From an uncultured Lachnospiraceae bacterium (lineage in GTDB: Bacteria; Bacillota; Clostridia; Lachnospirales; Lachnospiraceae): DNA of 64,000 nt. Below are positions 27,007 to 37,485 of this stretch, in pieces (the stretch's first letter is position 1; each line of letters begins with the position of its first letter). The notes below the pieces were generated by a model. The model had not been told where the DNA came from. It did not search any database and saw only the letters and a program-made list of their open reading frames with translations. The stretch covers positions 29,323-93,322 of the forward strand of contig CACXDC010000011.1 in NCBI GenBank assembly GCA_902766365.1, given 5' to 3'. Made by a program: the position numbers and the translations under genes.

Positions 27007-29178
27007 TTATCTGTGAACATACTCAAGAACTGTCCTGATCACTTTTTCTGCTTCCAGTGGCTTTGTCATATGTTCGTTCATTCCGGCTTCATAAGCCTTT
27101 TTTCTGTCATCGTCAAAAGCATTTGCCGTCATGGCAATAATAGGAATGCTCTTTGCATCCTGCCTCTCCATACTCCGTATCTTACGGGTAGCCTGATGTC
27201 CATCCATAACCGGCATCATGATATCCATCAGGATCGCATCTATTTCTCCCGGTTTTGACTTTTTAAACAGATCCACTGCCTGTTTTCCATCACAGGCCTT
27301 AAGTACCTCTGCCCCGGCACTCTCAAGGATAAATTCTGCGATCTCCATATTCAGTTCATTATCCTCAGCCAGCAGCAAATGGATCCCTTCCAGGCTTTTC
27401 TCCGTCTTTTCTATAGTTACTGCTTCCTCGGACGGCTCCTCTGCTTTCCGGAACGGCAGAGTAATATGATAAACTGTCCCTACATTTTTCTCACTCTGAA
27501 GTGTGATCGTTCCACCCATTTTATCGATCAGACTTTTGGTGATCGCCATACCAAGCCCCGTTCCTGTATAGCTGGAACGGGCATCACTGGTTTCCTGGGT
27601 AAACGGTTCAAAAATATGTTTCTGGAATTCCGGGCTCATACCGATTCCTGTATCCTTACAGATAAATTCGATCCAGACCTTTTCTCCCTCTTCCCGGATC
27701 TCCCTGAATTTCAGGAAAATCTCTCCATTATCCCTGTTGTACTTCACGGCATTGCTCAGGATATTCATGATAAGGCGCTTTACGTGTACCGGACTCCCGA
27801 TCAGATATTTATGAGGCAGTTCCTTTTCACAGGTGATCTTTATTCCTCTCTCTGCCGCTGCCTGTTCCTGCATAACGCAGATCTCTGCGATCAGGGACTC
27901 CATCTGAAACGTCCTTTCTTCCAGTACGATCTCCCCTGATTCCAGCTTTCCCATATCCAGTACTTCATTCACAAGTTCCAGTAAAAGTCCGGAGGATTCC
28001 CATATCTTCTGGCGGCACTCTGCCTGTTTATCCATATCATAACGGTAATAATCTCCTATCTCTACCATCCCTCTGATCCCATTGATCGGTGTTCTGATAT
28101 CATGGCTCATTCTCTGCAGAAACTCTGTTTTCGCATTATTGGCTCTTTCTGCCTTTTTGGCAGCCTCCAGTAATTTCCCCTGATAAAGCTGTTCCTGCTT
28201 CAATTGCACCTCATGGTATCCCTGTTCAGACCTCCAGCGTACCATCTGGATCAGGAAAACGATCATGGCATAAATAACAGCCGTCATGAGGAGACTCTGT
28301 AATGTTGTTGTGAACACCTTTCTGGCCGGAACATACACATAAACATAATAATCCCTGCCCCTGTCTATCATGCCATAACTGTATCTGAAACCATGTGACG
28401 AGCTTTTTACCCGTACCACCTGATCTGTTCTGCCACTTTCCCGGATATTTTTCAGGACAGTGATATCATCTGTACTGCTCCCGATCATTGATCCTTCATT
28501 GGAAGCCACGATTTGGTCTCCCTTGGTTATCACTATCGTTCCGTTCTTTTCAACCCCCAGTCCATCCATCAGCTTCTGGGGCAGCAACGTATATTTCTGG
28601 GTATAATCTGCCTTTGTGTGATAATAAACGGCAACTACTCCATCCTCATCCAGCCGTCCTGCTGTTGCCAGATCAATATTGGAACCGTCCTCACATTCGA
28701 TCCTGATGGCATATGTCTTCTCCGGATACTCTGCTACATCCAGCACAGCTTCCTTCTGAAGATACTCTTTAAGCCCGGCTGAACCAAGTTCATCTGTAAA
28801 ATACTCACTGACGGTATTCCCTTTTCTGTCAAGCAGTAATACTCCCGTCAGATATTCGTCCACTACGTACTCCTGCAGCATCGTATTATCCGGTATTTTC
28901 CGTCCATTTTCCGAAGTATGCACAAGCTCTCTCCTGACCTGCTGGATACTTTCCATAATGCGGAGTTGGCTCTTGGCCTCAGACGATTTATTCAATGTAA
29001 TATAAGAAGCACACTGCTCCTGGACATAATTTACAGTATCAGTCAGCTGCGCATGAAATTCTTTCAGATCCATATTGGCAGAAACAATAAAAACAATGCT
29101 GAACAGCAGCACACCTATGATCACCAGAAGGTATCCCAGTGGCAGTCCTGCAAAAAGATTTTTTTTCTTATTTTTCAA
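27007..29178 (-). CDS. Hybrid sensor histidine kinase / response regulator
   Basis: TM helix, extracytoplasmic domain, second TM helix, H-box SHDIRTPINGI, HATPase, and a C-terminal receiver (LLAEDNELN...ILMDIMMPVMDG). Confidence 0.85.
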   Translation of the reverse strand: MKNKKKNLFAGLPLGYLLVIIGVLLFSIVFIVSANMDLKEFHAQLTDTVNYVQEQCASYITLNKSSEAKSQLRIMESIQQVRRELVHTSENGRKIPDNTMLQEYVVDEYLTGVLLLDRKGNTVSEYFTDELGSAGLKEYLQKEAVLDVAEYPEKTYAIRIECEDGSNIDLATAGRLDEDGVVAVYYHTKADYTQKYTLLPQKLMDGLGVEKNGTIVITKGDQIVASNEGSMIGSSTDDITVLKNIRESGRTDQVVRVKSSSHGFRYSYGMIDRGRDYYVYVYVPARKVFTTTLQSLLMTAVIYAMIVFLIQMVRWRSEQGYHEVQLKQEQLYQGKLLEAAKKAERANNAKTEFLQRMSHDIRTPINGIRGMVEIGDYYRYDMDKQAECRQKIWESSGLLLELVNEVLDMGKLESGEIVLEERTFQMESLIAEICVMQEQAAAERGIKITCEKELPHKYLIGSPVHVKRLIMNILSNAVKYNRDNGEIFLKFREIREEGEKVWIEFICKDTGIGMSPEFQKHIFEPFTQETSDARSSYTGTGLGMAITKSLIDKMGGTITLQSEKNVGTVYHITLPFRKAEEPSEEAVTIEKTEKSLEGIHLLLAEDNELNMEIAEFILESAGAEVLKACDGKQAVDLFKKSKPGEIDAILMDIMMPVMDGHQATRKIRSMERQDAKSIPIIAMTANAFDDDRKKAYEAGMNEHMTKPLEAEKVIRTVLEYVHR

Positions 29179-30010
29179 GCTGTTCTACCTCCAGATACTC
29201 TGCTGCATCCGGCAGATATTTACTGATGATCTGCTCCGTTGTCCCATCTGCCCGCATCTCATCCATAACAACACTCAGCTCCTGTTCAATGCCTCTGTCA
29301 TCATTCAGGGAAAATGCTGCGCCAAGCCCAACTACCAGAAGTGGTTCCTCCAGTATCCGGTAGCTTTCCTTATAATCCGACATATATTGTAAAATAGAGG
29401 TTTCATGTGCTGCTATGGCATCCACATATCCCTTATCCAGCATGGTATAGATCAGTTCCCTGTTCTGCAGGCTTAAAACATTTCTCACCTGAGGGATTCT
29501 TGCATCCTCATGCCTAAGCAGAATACCTTCCGGTTTCGTTGTGACCTGTACTGCGATCGTCTTATCTTCAAGATCCTGCAATGTATAGATCTTACTGTCT
29601 TCTGCCACAGCGACCACCTGCCTGCTGATCATATAGGGACCTGCCCACTTATAGTCATTTTCTCTTCCCTGCATGCTGAAGCATCCCCAGATACAGTCAA
29701 TCTCCCCGCTGTCTACAAGCTGCTTTTTCTGCTCCCAGTCAATAGTCACAAATTCCGGCTGATATCCCATCCTGTGAAAAGCTTCCGTTGCAAGCTCGAT
29801 ATCAATTCCTGTAGCCTGTCCATCTTCATCCAGATAATTAAACGGGGGATACTGTACATCACCGCCAACTACGATCCTTGGCATGGCATCTGCAGCTTCT
29901 GCATCTTTTGCTCCGCTTTTCATGCATCCGGTCACAACGACTGCAGAAAATACAATGATAAATGCTGTTGCTGCCATCAGCCACTTTTTTCTGTTCCCTT
30001 TCATCTGCAA
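29168..30010 (-). CDS. Family-3 solute-binding lipoprotein (amino-acid-type SBP)
   Basis: Lipobox VVTGC and the SBP_bac_3-like pattern. It overlaps the kinase start by 11 nt. Confidence 0.8.
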   Translation of the reverse strand: MQMKGNRKKWLMAATAFIIVFSAVVVTGCMKSGAKDAEAADAMPRIVVGGDVQYPPFNYLDEDGQATGIDIELATEAFHRMGYQPEFVTIDWEQKKQLVDSGEIDCIWGCFSMQGRENDYKWAGPYMISRQVVAVAEDSKIYTLQDLEDKTIAVQVTTKPEGILLRHEDARIPQVRNVLSLQNRELIYTMLDKGYVDAIAAHETSILQYMSDYKESYRILEEPLLVVGLGAAFSLNDDRGIEQELSVVMDEMRADGTTEQIISKYLPDAAEYLEVEQLEK

Positions 30011-30182
30011 GTACCTTTCTTATACTTCTGTACCCTTTATTTCAATTCCCCATTTTACATAATCTCTGTATATTTTACGTTTTCCATAAAGCTCATGTCA
30101 ATAGCGACATCTCATGCAGTCTGTACATCAGGCAAAAAGAGCCCCGCAGAAATCAATTCTGCAAGGCCCCTCAGGCATTCTT

Positions 30183-33100
30183 TTATTTGAAATAATGAAC
30201 ACCGGATTCAAAGATCTTAAGATCCTGTTCTCCGTAAATGTTAATGGCAACACCCTTATCTCTTCTCTCTACATGTGCCATCTTACCAAAGCATCTGCCA
30301 TCCGGCGATGTAATGCCTTCAATAGCTGCATAGGAACCGTTGACATTCCACTCTTCATCCATGGAAACATTGCCTTCCGGATCACAGTACTGGGTCGCTA
30401 CCTGGCCATTTGCAAAGAGCCTGTCGATCCACTCCTTCGGTGCTACGAAACGTCCCTCTCCGTGAGATGCGGGAGTTACATAAACGCCGCCGTTTTCTGC
30501 GCCCTGTAACCAGGGAGACTTATCGGATACTACCCTTGTATAAACCATCTTCGAAATATGACGGTTAATGGTGTTGAAGGTCAGTGTCGGGGAATCTTCT
30601 TTCTGGCCGGTGATCTCACCATAAGGAACCAGTCCCAGCTTGATCAGAGCCTGGAATCCGTTACAGATACCAAGTGCAAGACCATCCCTTTCGTTCAGAA
30701 GTCTCATAACCGCTTCTTTGATCTTTGCATTCTGGAAAGCAGTTGCAAAGAACTTCGCACTTCCATCCGGTTCATCACCGGCTGAGAATCCGCCAGGGAA
30801 CATGATGATCTGTGCCTTGTCAATATCCTTCTCAAAAGCTTCTACAGAAGAACGGATATCTTCTGCGGAAAGATTACGGAACACTCTGGTGATCACCTTC
30901 GCTCCGGCTCTTTCAAATGCCTTCGCACTGTCATACTCACAGTTGGTTCCGGGGAATACCGGAATAAATACGGTAGGCTTTGCCACTTTATTCTTACATA
31001 CATAAATGCTGTCTGCATGATAAGGTTCAGAAGTCACCTTCTCTGTTCCCTTTTCTGCCTTGTAGGGGAATACCTTGTCAAGAGGTGCTTTCCAGTCTGC
31101 AAGTGCTTCCTCTACGGTCAGCTTTACATCCTTATAGGTAAATACAGGTTCTTCTGTTACTTTTGCTACGATCCTGTAATTCAGTTCCTCTGCCTCTAAT
31201 GCCTTTGCATCCTCTTCTGTCATTTCCAGTACGATGTCACCAAGGCAGTTCTCAAACAGATCACTTTCCTTAATGTCTTCTGAATAGGAAACGCCAAGCT
31301 TATTACCAAATGCCATCTTGCTGATACCGGCAACAAGTCCTGTACTGTCAAGTGCATAGGCAGCCTTTACCTTGCCTTCTCTCATAAGTCCTGTAATGAA
31401 ACGGAACATCTCCATGACATGTGCATATACAGGAATGTCATATTCATCCTTATCAAACCAGAACTGTACCAGTACATCTCCTGCCTGCTTCAATTCCGGT
31501 GTGATGATCTCTTTGTTCTTTGCCACATCTACTGCAAAGGATACCAGTGTAGGCGGTACATCAATATCATTGAAGGTACCGGACATACTGTCCTTGCCGC
31601 CGATAGAAGGAAGTCCATATCCGATCTGTGCATCATAAGCACCAAGCAGTGCTGCAAACGGCTGGCTCCAGCGTTCCGGATCTGCCGTCATCCTGCGGAA
31701 ATATTCCTGGAAGGTAAAGCGGACCTTACTGTAATCACCGCCGCCTGCCACGATCTTTGCAAGAGACTGTGTCACTGCATATACTGCACCATGGTAAGGG
31801 CTCCATGAGGAAAGATAGGGATCAAATCCATAGCTCATCATGGTGACCGTATCTGTCCTGCCCTTCAGGGAAGGAAGTTTGGCTACCATGACCTGGGTTT
31901 CTGTCAACTGGTATTTACCACCGTATGGCATCAGAACACTGGCAGCTCCAATGGAAGAGTCAAACATTTCCACAAGCCCCTTCTGGGAGCATACGTTCAG
32001 ATCCTTTAAGGTTGCTTCAAAAGCTGCCTTTATATCGCCCTCTTCCAGTGCCTTTGCCACAGCAGGAAGAGCTGTCTTCTTCAGATAATTGTCCTCTTTG
32101 GAAGGAATATTGACAACAACATCCGTTTCCTGATGAGCACCATTGGTATCAAGGAAGGCTCTCGCAATATTAACGATTTCCTTGCCTCTCCATTTCAGTA
32201 CCAGTCTTGGCTCCTTTGTTACTACCGCTACAGGCACTGCCTCCAGGTTCTCTTCTGCTGCATAGCCAAGGAACTCTTCCACCTTGTCCGGAGATACCAC
32301 AACCGCCATTCTTTCCTGGGATTCGGAAATGGCAAGCTCTGTTCCATCCAGTCCTGCATATTTCTTAGGTACCTTGTCAAGATCTACTACAAGACCGTCA
32401 GCCAGTTCTCCGATGGCAACGGAAACACCGCCTGCACCAAAGTCATTACATTTCTTGATGATCTTACTTACTTCTCCACGGCGGAACAGTCTCTGGATCT
32501 TACGCTCTGTAGGCGCATTTCCCTTCTGTACCTCTGCGCCGCAGGTCTCAATAGAGGTCTCTGTATGTACCTTGGAAGAACCGGTTGCACCGCCGCAGCC
32601 GTCACGTCCTGTTCTTCCACCAAGCAGGATGATCACATCATCCGGGTCAGAATTTTCACGAATTACATTTTTACGGGGAGCAGCGCCCATAACAGCACCG
32701 ATCTCCATTCTCTTTGCCACATAATCAGGATGATAGATCTCTTTTACATAGCCGGTTGCAAGACCGATCTGATTCCCATAGGAGGAATAACCGCTTGCTG
32801 CACCTCTGACCAGCTTTTTCTGGGAAAGCTTGCCCTTCAGTGTTTCAGATACCGGAACCGTAGGATCTGCTGCACCTGTCACGCGCATAGCCTGATATAC
32901 ATAACCTCTTCCTGAAAGAGGATCACGGATCGCACCTCCAAGACAGGTAGCTGCCCCACCAAAAGGCTCGATCTCTGTCGGATGATTGTGTGTCTCATTC
33001 TTGAAGAACACCAGCCACTCTTCTGTCACCGGGCCTTCTCCATAATCAATTTCCACAGGCACGACTACTGAGCAGGCATTGATCTCATCAGATTCTTCCA

Positions 33101-33983
33101 TATCCTGCAGCTTGCCGTCCTTCTTTAATTTACGCATCGCCATCAGAGCCAGATCCATCAGGCAGACAAACTTATCACTTCTTCCTGCAAAGATCTCCTT
33201 ACGTGTATCCAGATAGCTTTCATAGGTTGTTTCAAGGGGTGCTCTGTAATAGCCATCCTCAAACTCAATATTCTTCAGTTCTGTTGAAAATGTGGTATGA
33301 CGGCAGTGATCTGACCAGTAGGTATCAAGTACCCTGATCTCTGTCATCGTGGGATTCCTGTGTTCCTCTGTCTTATAGTAATTCTGGATATGTAAAAAAT
33401 CCTTGAAAGTCATGGCAAGGGACAGGGAATCATACAGTTCCTTAAGGCTGTCTCTGTCCATTTCGCAGAAACCGTCAAAGATAATAACATCTGCAGGCTC
33501 TTCATACTCACTTACCAGGGTATCCGGCTTCTCCATGCCGGTCTCTCTGGAATCCACGGGGTTGATACAGTACGCTTTGATCTTCCCGAATTCTTCCTCG
33601 CTGATATCCCCGGTTAAAAGATAGGTTACTGCAGTCCTGATGATCGGTTCCTCATCTTCCTTTAAGAACTTCACACACTGTACTGCGGAATCCGCTCTCT
33701 GGTCAAACTGTCCCGGCAGGAATTCTACACTGAATACCTTTCCATCTGCTGGAATCTCTATATTTTCTCTGTACAAAATATCAACCGGTGGTTCGGAAAA
33801 TACGGTTCTGCATGCTTCTTCGAAAATCTGATCTGAGATATTCTCCACATCATACCGAATGAACTCTCTTACCTCCTTCACTCCCGTAATGCCAAGGTAG
33901 CCTACGATCTCTTCCTTTAATTCCTTCGCCTTGACAGCAAAGGGCGGTTTCTTTTCCACGTAGATACGTCTTACATTTCCCAT
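30183..33983 (-). CDS. purL: Phosphoribosylformylglycinamidine synthase, single-chain large form
   Basis: 1266 aa with a C-terminal glutaminase domain (ICNGFQALIKLG). Confidence 0.95.
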   Translation of the reverse strand: MGNVRRIYVEKKPPFAVKAKELKEEIVGYLGITGVKEVREFIRYDVENISDQIFEEACRTVFSEPPVDILYRENIEIPADGKVFSVEFLPGQFDQRADSAVQCVKFLKEDEEPIIRTAVTYLLTGDISEEEFGKIKAYCINPVDSRETGMEKPDTLVSEYEEPADVIIFDGFCEMDRDSLKELYDSLSLAMTFKDFLHIQNYYKTEEHRNPTMTEIRVLDTYWSDHCRHTTFSTELKNIEFEDGYYRAPLETTYESYLDTRKEIFAGRSDKFVCLMDLALMAMRKLKKDGKLQDMEESDEINACSVVVPVEIDYGEGPVTEEWLVFFKNETHNHPTEIEPFGGAATCLGGAIRDPLSGRGYVYQAMRVTGAADPTVPVSETLKGKLSQKKLVRGAASGYSSYGNQIGLATGYVKEIYHPDYVAKRMEIGAVMGAAPRKNVIRENSDPDDVIILLGGRTGRDGCGGATGSSKVHTETSIETCGAEVQKGNAPTERKIQRLFRRGEVSKIIKKCNDFGAGGVSVAIGELADGLVVDLDKVPKKYAGLDGTELAISESQERMAVVVSPDKVEEFLGYAAEENLEAVPVAVVTKEPRLVLKWRGKEIVNIARAFLDTNGAHQETDVVVNIPSKEDNYLKKTALPAVAKALEEGDIKAAFEATLKDLNVCSQKGLVEMFDSSIGAASVLMPYGGKYQLTETQVMVAKLPSLKGRTDTVTMMSYGFDPYLSSWSPYHGAVYAVTQSLAKIVAGGGDYSKVRFTFQEYFRRMTADPERWSQPFAALLGAYDAQIGYGLPSIGGKDSMSGTFNDIDVPPTLVSFAVDVAKNKEIITPELKQAGDVLVQFWFDKDEYDIPVYAHVMEMFRFITGLMREGKVKAAYALDSTGLVAGISKMAFGNKLGVSYSEDIKESDLFENCLGDIVLEMTEEDAKALEAEELNYRIVAKVTEEPVFTYKDVKLTVEEALADWKAPLDKVFPYKAEKGTEKVTSEPYHADSIYVCKNKVAKPTVFIPVFPGTNCEYDSAKAFERAGAKVITRVFRNLSAEDIRSSVEAFEKDIDKAQIIMFPGGFSAGDEPDGSAKFFATAFQNAKIKEAVMRLLNERDGLALGICNGFQALIKLGLVPYGEITGQKEDSPTLTFNTINRHISKMVYTRVVSDKSPWLQGAENGGVYVTPASHGEGRFVAPKEWIDRLFANGQVATQYCDPEGNVSMDEEWNVNGSYAAIEGITSPDGRCFGKMAHVERRDKGVAINIYGEQDLKIFESGVHYFK

Positions 33984-34102
33984 GTGAATTCATTTCCTCC
34001 GTTGATGAATTGTACTAGTTTTTGTGCGCATATCATTTACATTATATCGAATCCTGTCTTTTTTTCTACTGTTTTAGCAAATTATTCTCGGATACTTCTT
34101 CC

Positions 34103-35038
34103 TCACTCATGAAGCCTGTGGATCAGCTGGTAAACAATGTCTCCTTCTGTAACAAGCGGATCTGTATGGGCAAAAAATACGATACCGTCTGTCGGGGCAA
34201 GGATTGTTTCCTTCACATATCCCTCATAAGGATCTATGATCTCTGCCATCCTGTGTCCATACCGGACATCCTCTCCGAGACTTACCAGTCCCTTAAAAAT
34301 ACCGCCTGACATCGTATGTACATCCGTCAGATCCTGCTCCAGGATCACATGGCTGATATAGCCGCTGTGGCTTTCGTACCGGATGATCCCCATTCTTGTC
34401 AGGAAGCGCAGCACTGCTGCCACTGCCTGCCTTGCACTCTTTTCATCTATCGTATCTGTCCTGTTTGTGTACAAGGAAAACGCCGCTGTCATCTCATTCT
34501 GCCAGTTATAGTTCAGTGTCTTCGTATCAATCGGAGTCGGCTTCCGCACCATGGCATAAGGCAGTCCGAAAAGATTGGCAAGTGAAGTATTCTGAAAACC
34601 TGTCTCCATCATTCTGACATGCGGGACAAACTCCCCTGCCATATAAAAGCTTGTCAGCTGGATCCCATAGGTGTAATTGCGAATCTTACTGAAGATCCCT
34701 TCTGCCAGCCGGTCTGCGCTGTCCCCTGTTTTTCTTCCCGGAAACCTTCTGTTGATATCCTGGTTTTCCACCCCGAAAAACTTTTCACCAACATTCATCC
34801 CGAGGGAATTGATCACCGGTATCACCAGTATTTTCTTTCCTGCACTGACACAGCCATTTGCCTCCAGTTCCTTCAGGGCTTTTACCAGTTGGGAGCAGAT
34901 ATACATCTGCTGCACCTCATTTCCTCTTTCGGATCCCAAAATACAGGCAGCTTCATCACCCTTTCCAAAGCTGTAGCCCTTTATGATCATATCTTCCCTG
35001 TATGGAGAAGTCACTGTATAGATATTTTCTGTAAACAT
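34103..35038 (-). CDS. Succinylglutamate desuccinylase/aspartoacylase (M14-like) family protein, paralogue 2
   Basis: 311 aa, similar in length and architecture to the adjacent paralogue. The assignment is weaker because the HxxE motif is less clear (GSERGNEVQQ). Confidence 0.65.
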   Translation of the reverse strand: MFTENIYTVTSPYREDMIIKGYSFGKGDEAACILGSERGNEVQQMYICSQLVKALKELEANGCVSAGKKILVIPVINSLGMNVGEKFFGVENQDINRRFPGRKTGDSADRLAEGIFSKIRNYTYGIQLTSFYMAGEFVPHVRMMETGFQNTSLANLFGLPYAMVRKPTPIDTKTLNYNWQNEMTAAFSLYTNRTDTIDEKSARQAVAAVLRFLTRMGIIRYESHSGYISHVILEQDLTDVHTMSGGIFKGLVSLGEDVRYGHRMAEIIDPYEGYVKETILAPTDGIVFFAHTDPLVTEGDIVYQLIHRLHE

Positions 35039-35050
35039 AGTTCTTTAACC

Positions 35051-35992
35051 TCATTCATCATGGTCTATTCCGGTCAGGATCCGGAGAAGCAAAGCTCCCT
35101 CCCTGACAAACGGGTACTCCCGGAGTGTAAATACCAGTCCGCTCTTCTGTGCCAGGATCTCCTCCAGCACCTCTCCCCGCAAAGGATCTATCACCTCACC
35201 CAGCTTGTCTCCTTTTTTTACGAAGTGATTATGTTCGATCTCCGGCAGGAAAACGCCTGTCGAACCGGATCTGATAAATTCGACCTCTCCGTCCGTGGAA
35301 AGCACCGGCTGCTGGATCTCACTCTTCAGTTCTCCACTCCACATTCCAATATGCTTCATCAGATGAAAGATACCGTCTGTCACCTGATTTCCAAAATGCC
35401 GGCTGATCCTTGTTCCCACTCCCATTTCAACAACAAAGGAAGGGACTCCCAGCAGATTCAGTGAGTGTGCCAGCGTTGCTTCATGTACCGTTTCTGCAGC
35501 ATTGGTCCATACCATATCCACATTCATAAGCTGCGCATAGGGAAGCACCCTTTCTGCAAATTCTTCACTGATCCGCACCTGCGGGATCTCACGTACAAAA
35601 ATATTACTGGCATGGATATCCAGGCAGAGATCCGCTCCTGCTATATCTCCCACAATAGCTGCTGCCACTTTTTCAAGTGCAGTCCCGTTCTCATTTCCCG
35701 GGAACATCCGGTTCATATCCATATGAAGTCCCGGCAGCTCCCTGACTGCCATATCCATGCCAAGTGGATTCAGTGCCGGATACAGATCCACACTCCCGTG
35801 CAGATATTCCGGATGTTCCTGCAGCCTTCTTGCCATTTCATAGATCACATACTGTCCTTCAAATTCATCCCCGTGGATACCGGATACGATAGCAATCCTT
35901 CTGGAATCCGGGTCTTTTCCTTCTATCCTGTTCTTTACGATCCGCAGCTTTTCCCCTACCGGAAGCTGTGTTGCTATGATTTCCCTGATCAT
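35051..35992 (-). CDS. Succinylglutamate desuccinylase/aspartoacylase (M14-like) family protein, paralogue 1
   Basis: Zn-ligand motif SGIHGDEFEG and a later DIHAS. Confidence 0.75.
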   Translation of the reverse strand: MIREIIATQLPVGEKLRIVKNRIEGKDPDSRRIAIVSGIHGDEFEGQYVIYEMARRLQEHPEYLHGSVDLYPALNPLGMDMAVRELPGLHMDMNRMFPGNENGTALEKVAAAIVGDIAGADLCLDIHASNIFVREIPQVRISEEFAERVLPYAQLMNVDMVWTNAAETVHEATLAHSLNLLGVPSFVVEMGVGTRISRHFGNQVTDGIFHLMKHIGMWSGELKSEIQQPVLSTDGEVEFIRSGSTGVFLPEIEHNHFVKKGDKLGEVIDPLRGEVLEEILAQKSGLVFTLREYPFVREGALLLRILTGIDHDE

Positions 35993-36052
35993 ATTTTCTG
36001 TCCTTTCCCAAAAAGAAAAGCTTCAGGGCATCTGAAGCCTTGAAGCTTTTCT

Positions 36053-36637
36053 CTATTCTTCTGCCACCAAATTCTGCATCATATACATAATTTCCCGGTC
36101 CACAGCAGCCTCTGTCACTCCCCGGGTATTTGCTGCAACCTTGAGGCCTTCCAGTACATACATAATGTTGCTGGCTGCCCTTCTTGGTTCCTCACAGCAA
36201 AATTCTCCGATCTCCACACCTTCCTCTATCAGTCTCTGGATTACCATGACTGCCGCATCAAACTGCTTCTTCAGAAGATTCTCCCTGCTGTAATCATTCT
36301 CTTCAAAGAAAAATTCATAGCAGGCCTTCTGCAGAGTCCCCTTTTTCGTCAGAAGTTCTCTTTTCTGTTCCTTCAGAAACAATGCCAGGATATCTGCCGG
36401 GCCAAAATCCTTGCCGATCTTCTGCTCGAACTCACTGCCCGAATCCTCCTGCTCTGCTTTCAGTACTTCCAGAAAAAGCTCCCTGGTTCCCGGAAAATAC
36501 AGATACAGGCCTCCACGGCTGATCTCACAGGCATCAACAATATCCTTCATCGTTACATTCTTGTAGCCCTTTTCCATAAAGACCTCTCTGGCCTTCTCCA
36601 GTATGTATTTTTTCTTCTGAAGTGACTTCTCTCCCAT
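36053..36637 (-). CDS. TetR/AcrR-family transcriptional regulator
   Basis: N-terminal HTH ILEKAREVFMEKGYKNVTMKDIVDACEISRGGLYLYF. Confidence 0.85.
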   Translation of the reverse strand: MGEKSLQKKKYILEKAREVFMEKGYKNVTMKDIVDACEISRGGLYLYFPGTRELFLEVLKAEQEDSGSEFEQKIGKDFGPADILALFLKEQKRELLTKKGTLQKACYEFFFEENDYSRENLLKKQFDAAVMVIQRLIEEGVEIGEFCCEEPRRAASNIMYVLEGLKVAANTRGVTEAAVDREIMYMMQNLVAEE

Positions 36638-36651
36638 ACCAGTAACAGCTC

Positions 36652-37119
36652 CTATGCAAGCGGTCCGTCATGTACTTCCAGAAGCTCTCTGATCTTCAGA
36701 AGTGCTTCCAGAAAAATACCATTTTCTATGGCATCTGTCCAGAGATTCCCTCTGGTCATGCCGCCAAGTACATACTTCGCCATAATGGCAAATACATCTT
36801 CTATATTTTTTAGCTGTGCAGAAGCGATCCATCTTTTTTCATCCTGCACTGTACGAAGCATATTCCTTGAAAAAGTATAAACATAATTCCTGTCCATCAG
36901 TCCCGTGGCATTCAGTTCCTTTACAAGGGAAAGCAGCGTGGAATCATATACTCTTACCGGCATGGAAGAACGGTTCAGCTCTTCATTCTCATAAATATGT
37001 GAGGTACTCTGCCCCTGCTTTTCTTTCAGCCATGGAATATATCGAAACAGATTTTTAAAAATTGCAGTATATTTCTGTATTTTTTCCTGTCTGTACAGGT
37101 TTTCCTTCTCTTCTGTCAT
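36652..37119 (-). CDS. Hypothetical protein (155 aa)
   Basis: Clean ORF, first gene of an apparent 4-gene operon. No motif was recognised with confidence. Confidence 0.5.
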   Translation of the reverse strand: MTEEKENLYRQEKIQKYTAIFKNLFRYIPWLKEKQGQSTSHIYENEELNRSSMPVRVYDSTLLSLVKELNATGLMDRNYVYTFSRNMLRTVQDEKRWIASAQLKNIEDVFAIMAKYVLGGMTRGNLWTDAIENGIFLEALLKIRELLEVHDGPLA

Positions 37120-37388
37120 CGCAAACCGCTCCTTAAAACTGCAAATTTCTACATCTATGAGTTATCTTATCATAAAAATAACAGAAATACACGTTGAAAA
37201 TAAAGAAAATACTCTTTTTTCCATCTTTTTCGACAAGCTTTTTGCTATTATGCTAATATATTTTTATTTTTGCTCAATATAATTGTAGAATTTACTTGAT
37301 TCAAGCAATATAATAATAATCGAACTGATTACGGAAGTCAGTTCGAGCTAATTAGCAATTCCGGAAGAATTCCCCTTTTACACAACAG

Positions 37389-37417
37389 AAATCCCTGAGA
37401 GTTTCTCTCAGGGATTT
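37389..37417. terminator. Perfect 13-bp hairpin AAATCCCTGAGAG-TTT-CTCTCAGGGATTT
   Basis: Read directly. The T-run follows on the plus strand (TTGTTTG), and TTTCTGTTG follows on the minus strand. It is the second hairpin after the amylase gene. Confidence 0.45.
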
Positions 37418-37439
37418 TTGTTTGCTATAAACACGAATA

Positions 37440-37477
37440 AATGGCAATGCTGAGAATCTCTCGTCTGCATTGCCATT
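37440..37477 (-). terminator. Hairpin immediately after the amylase stop codon
   Basis: 11-bp stem AATGGCAATGC/GCATTGCCATT with a 16-nt loop, followed on the minus strand by TATTCGTGTTTAT. Confidence 0.5.
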
Positions 37478-37485
37478 ATATTTTT

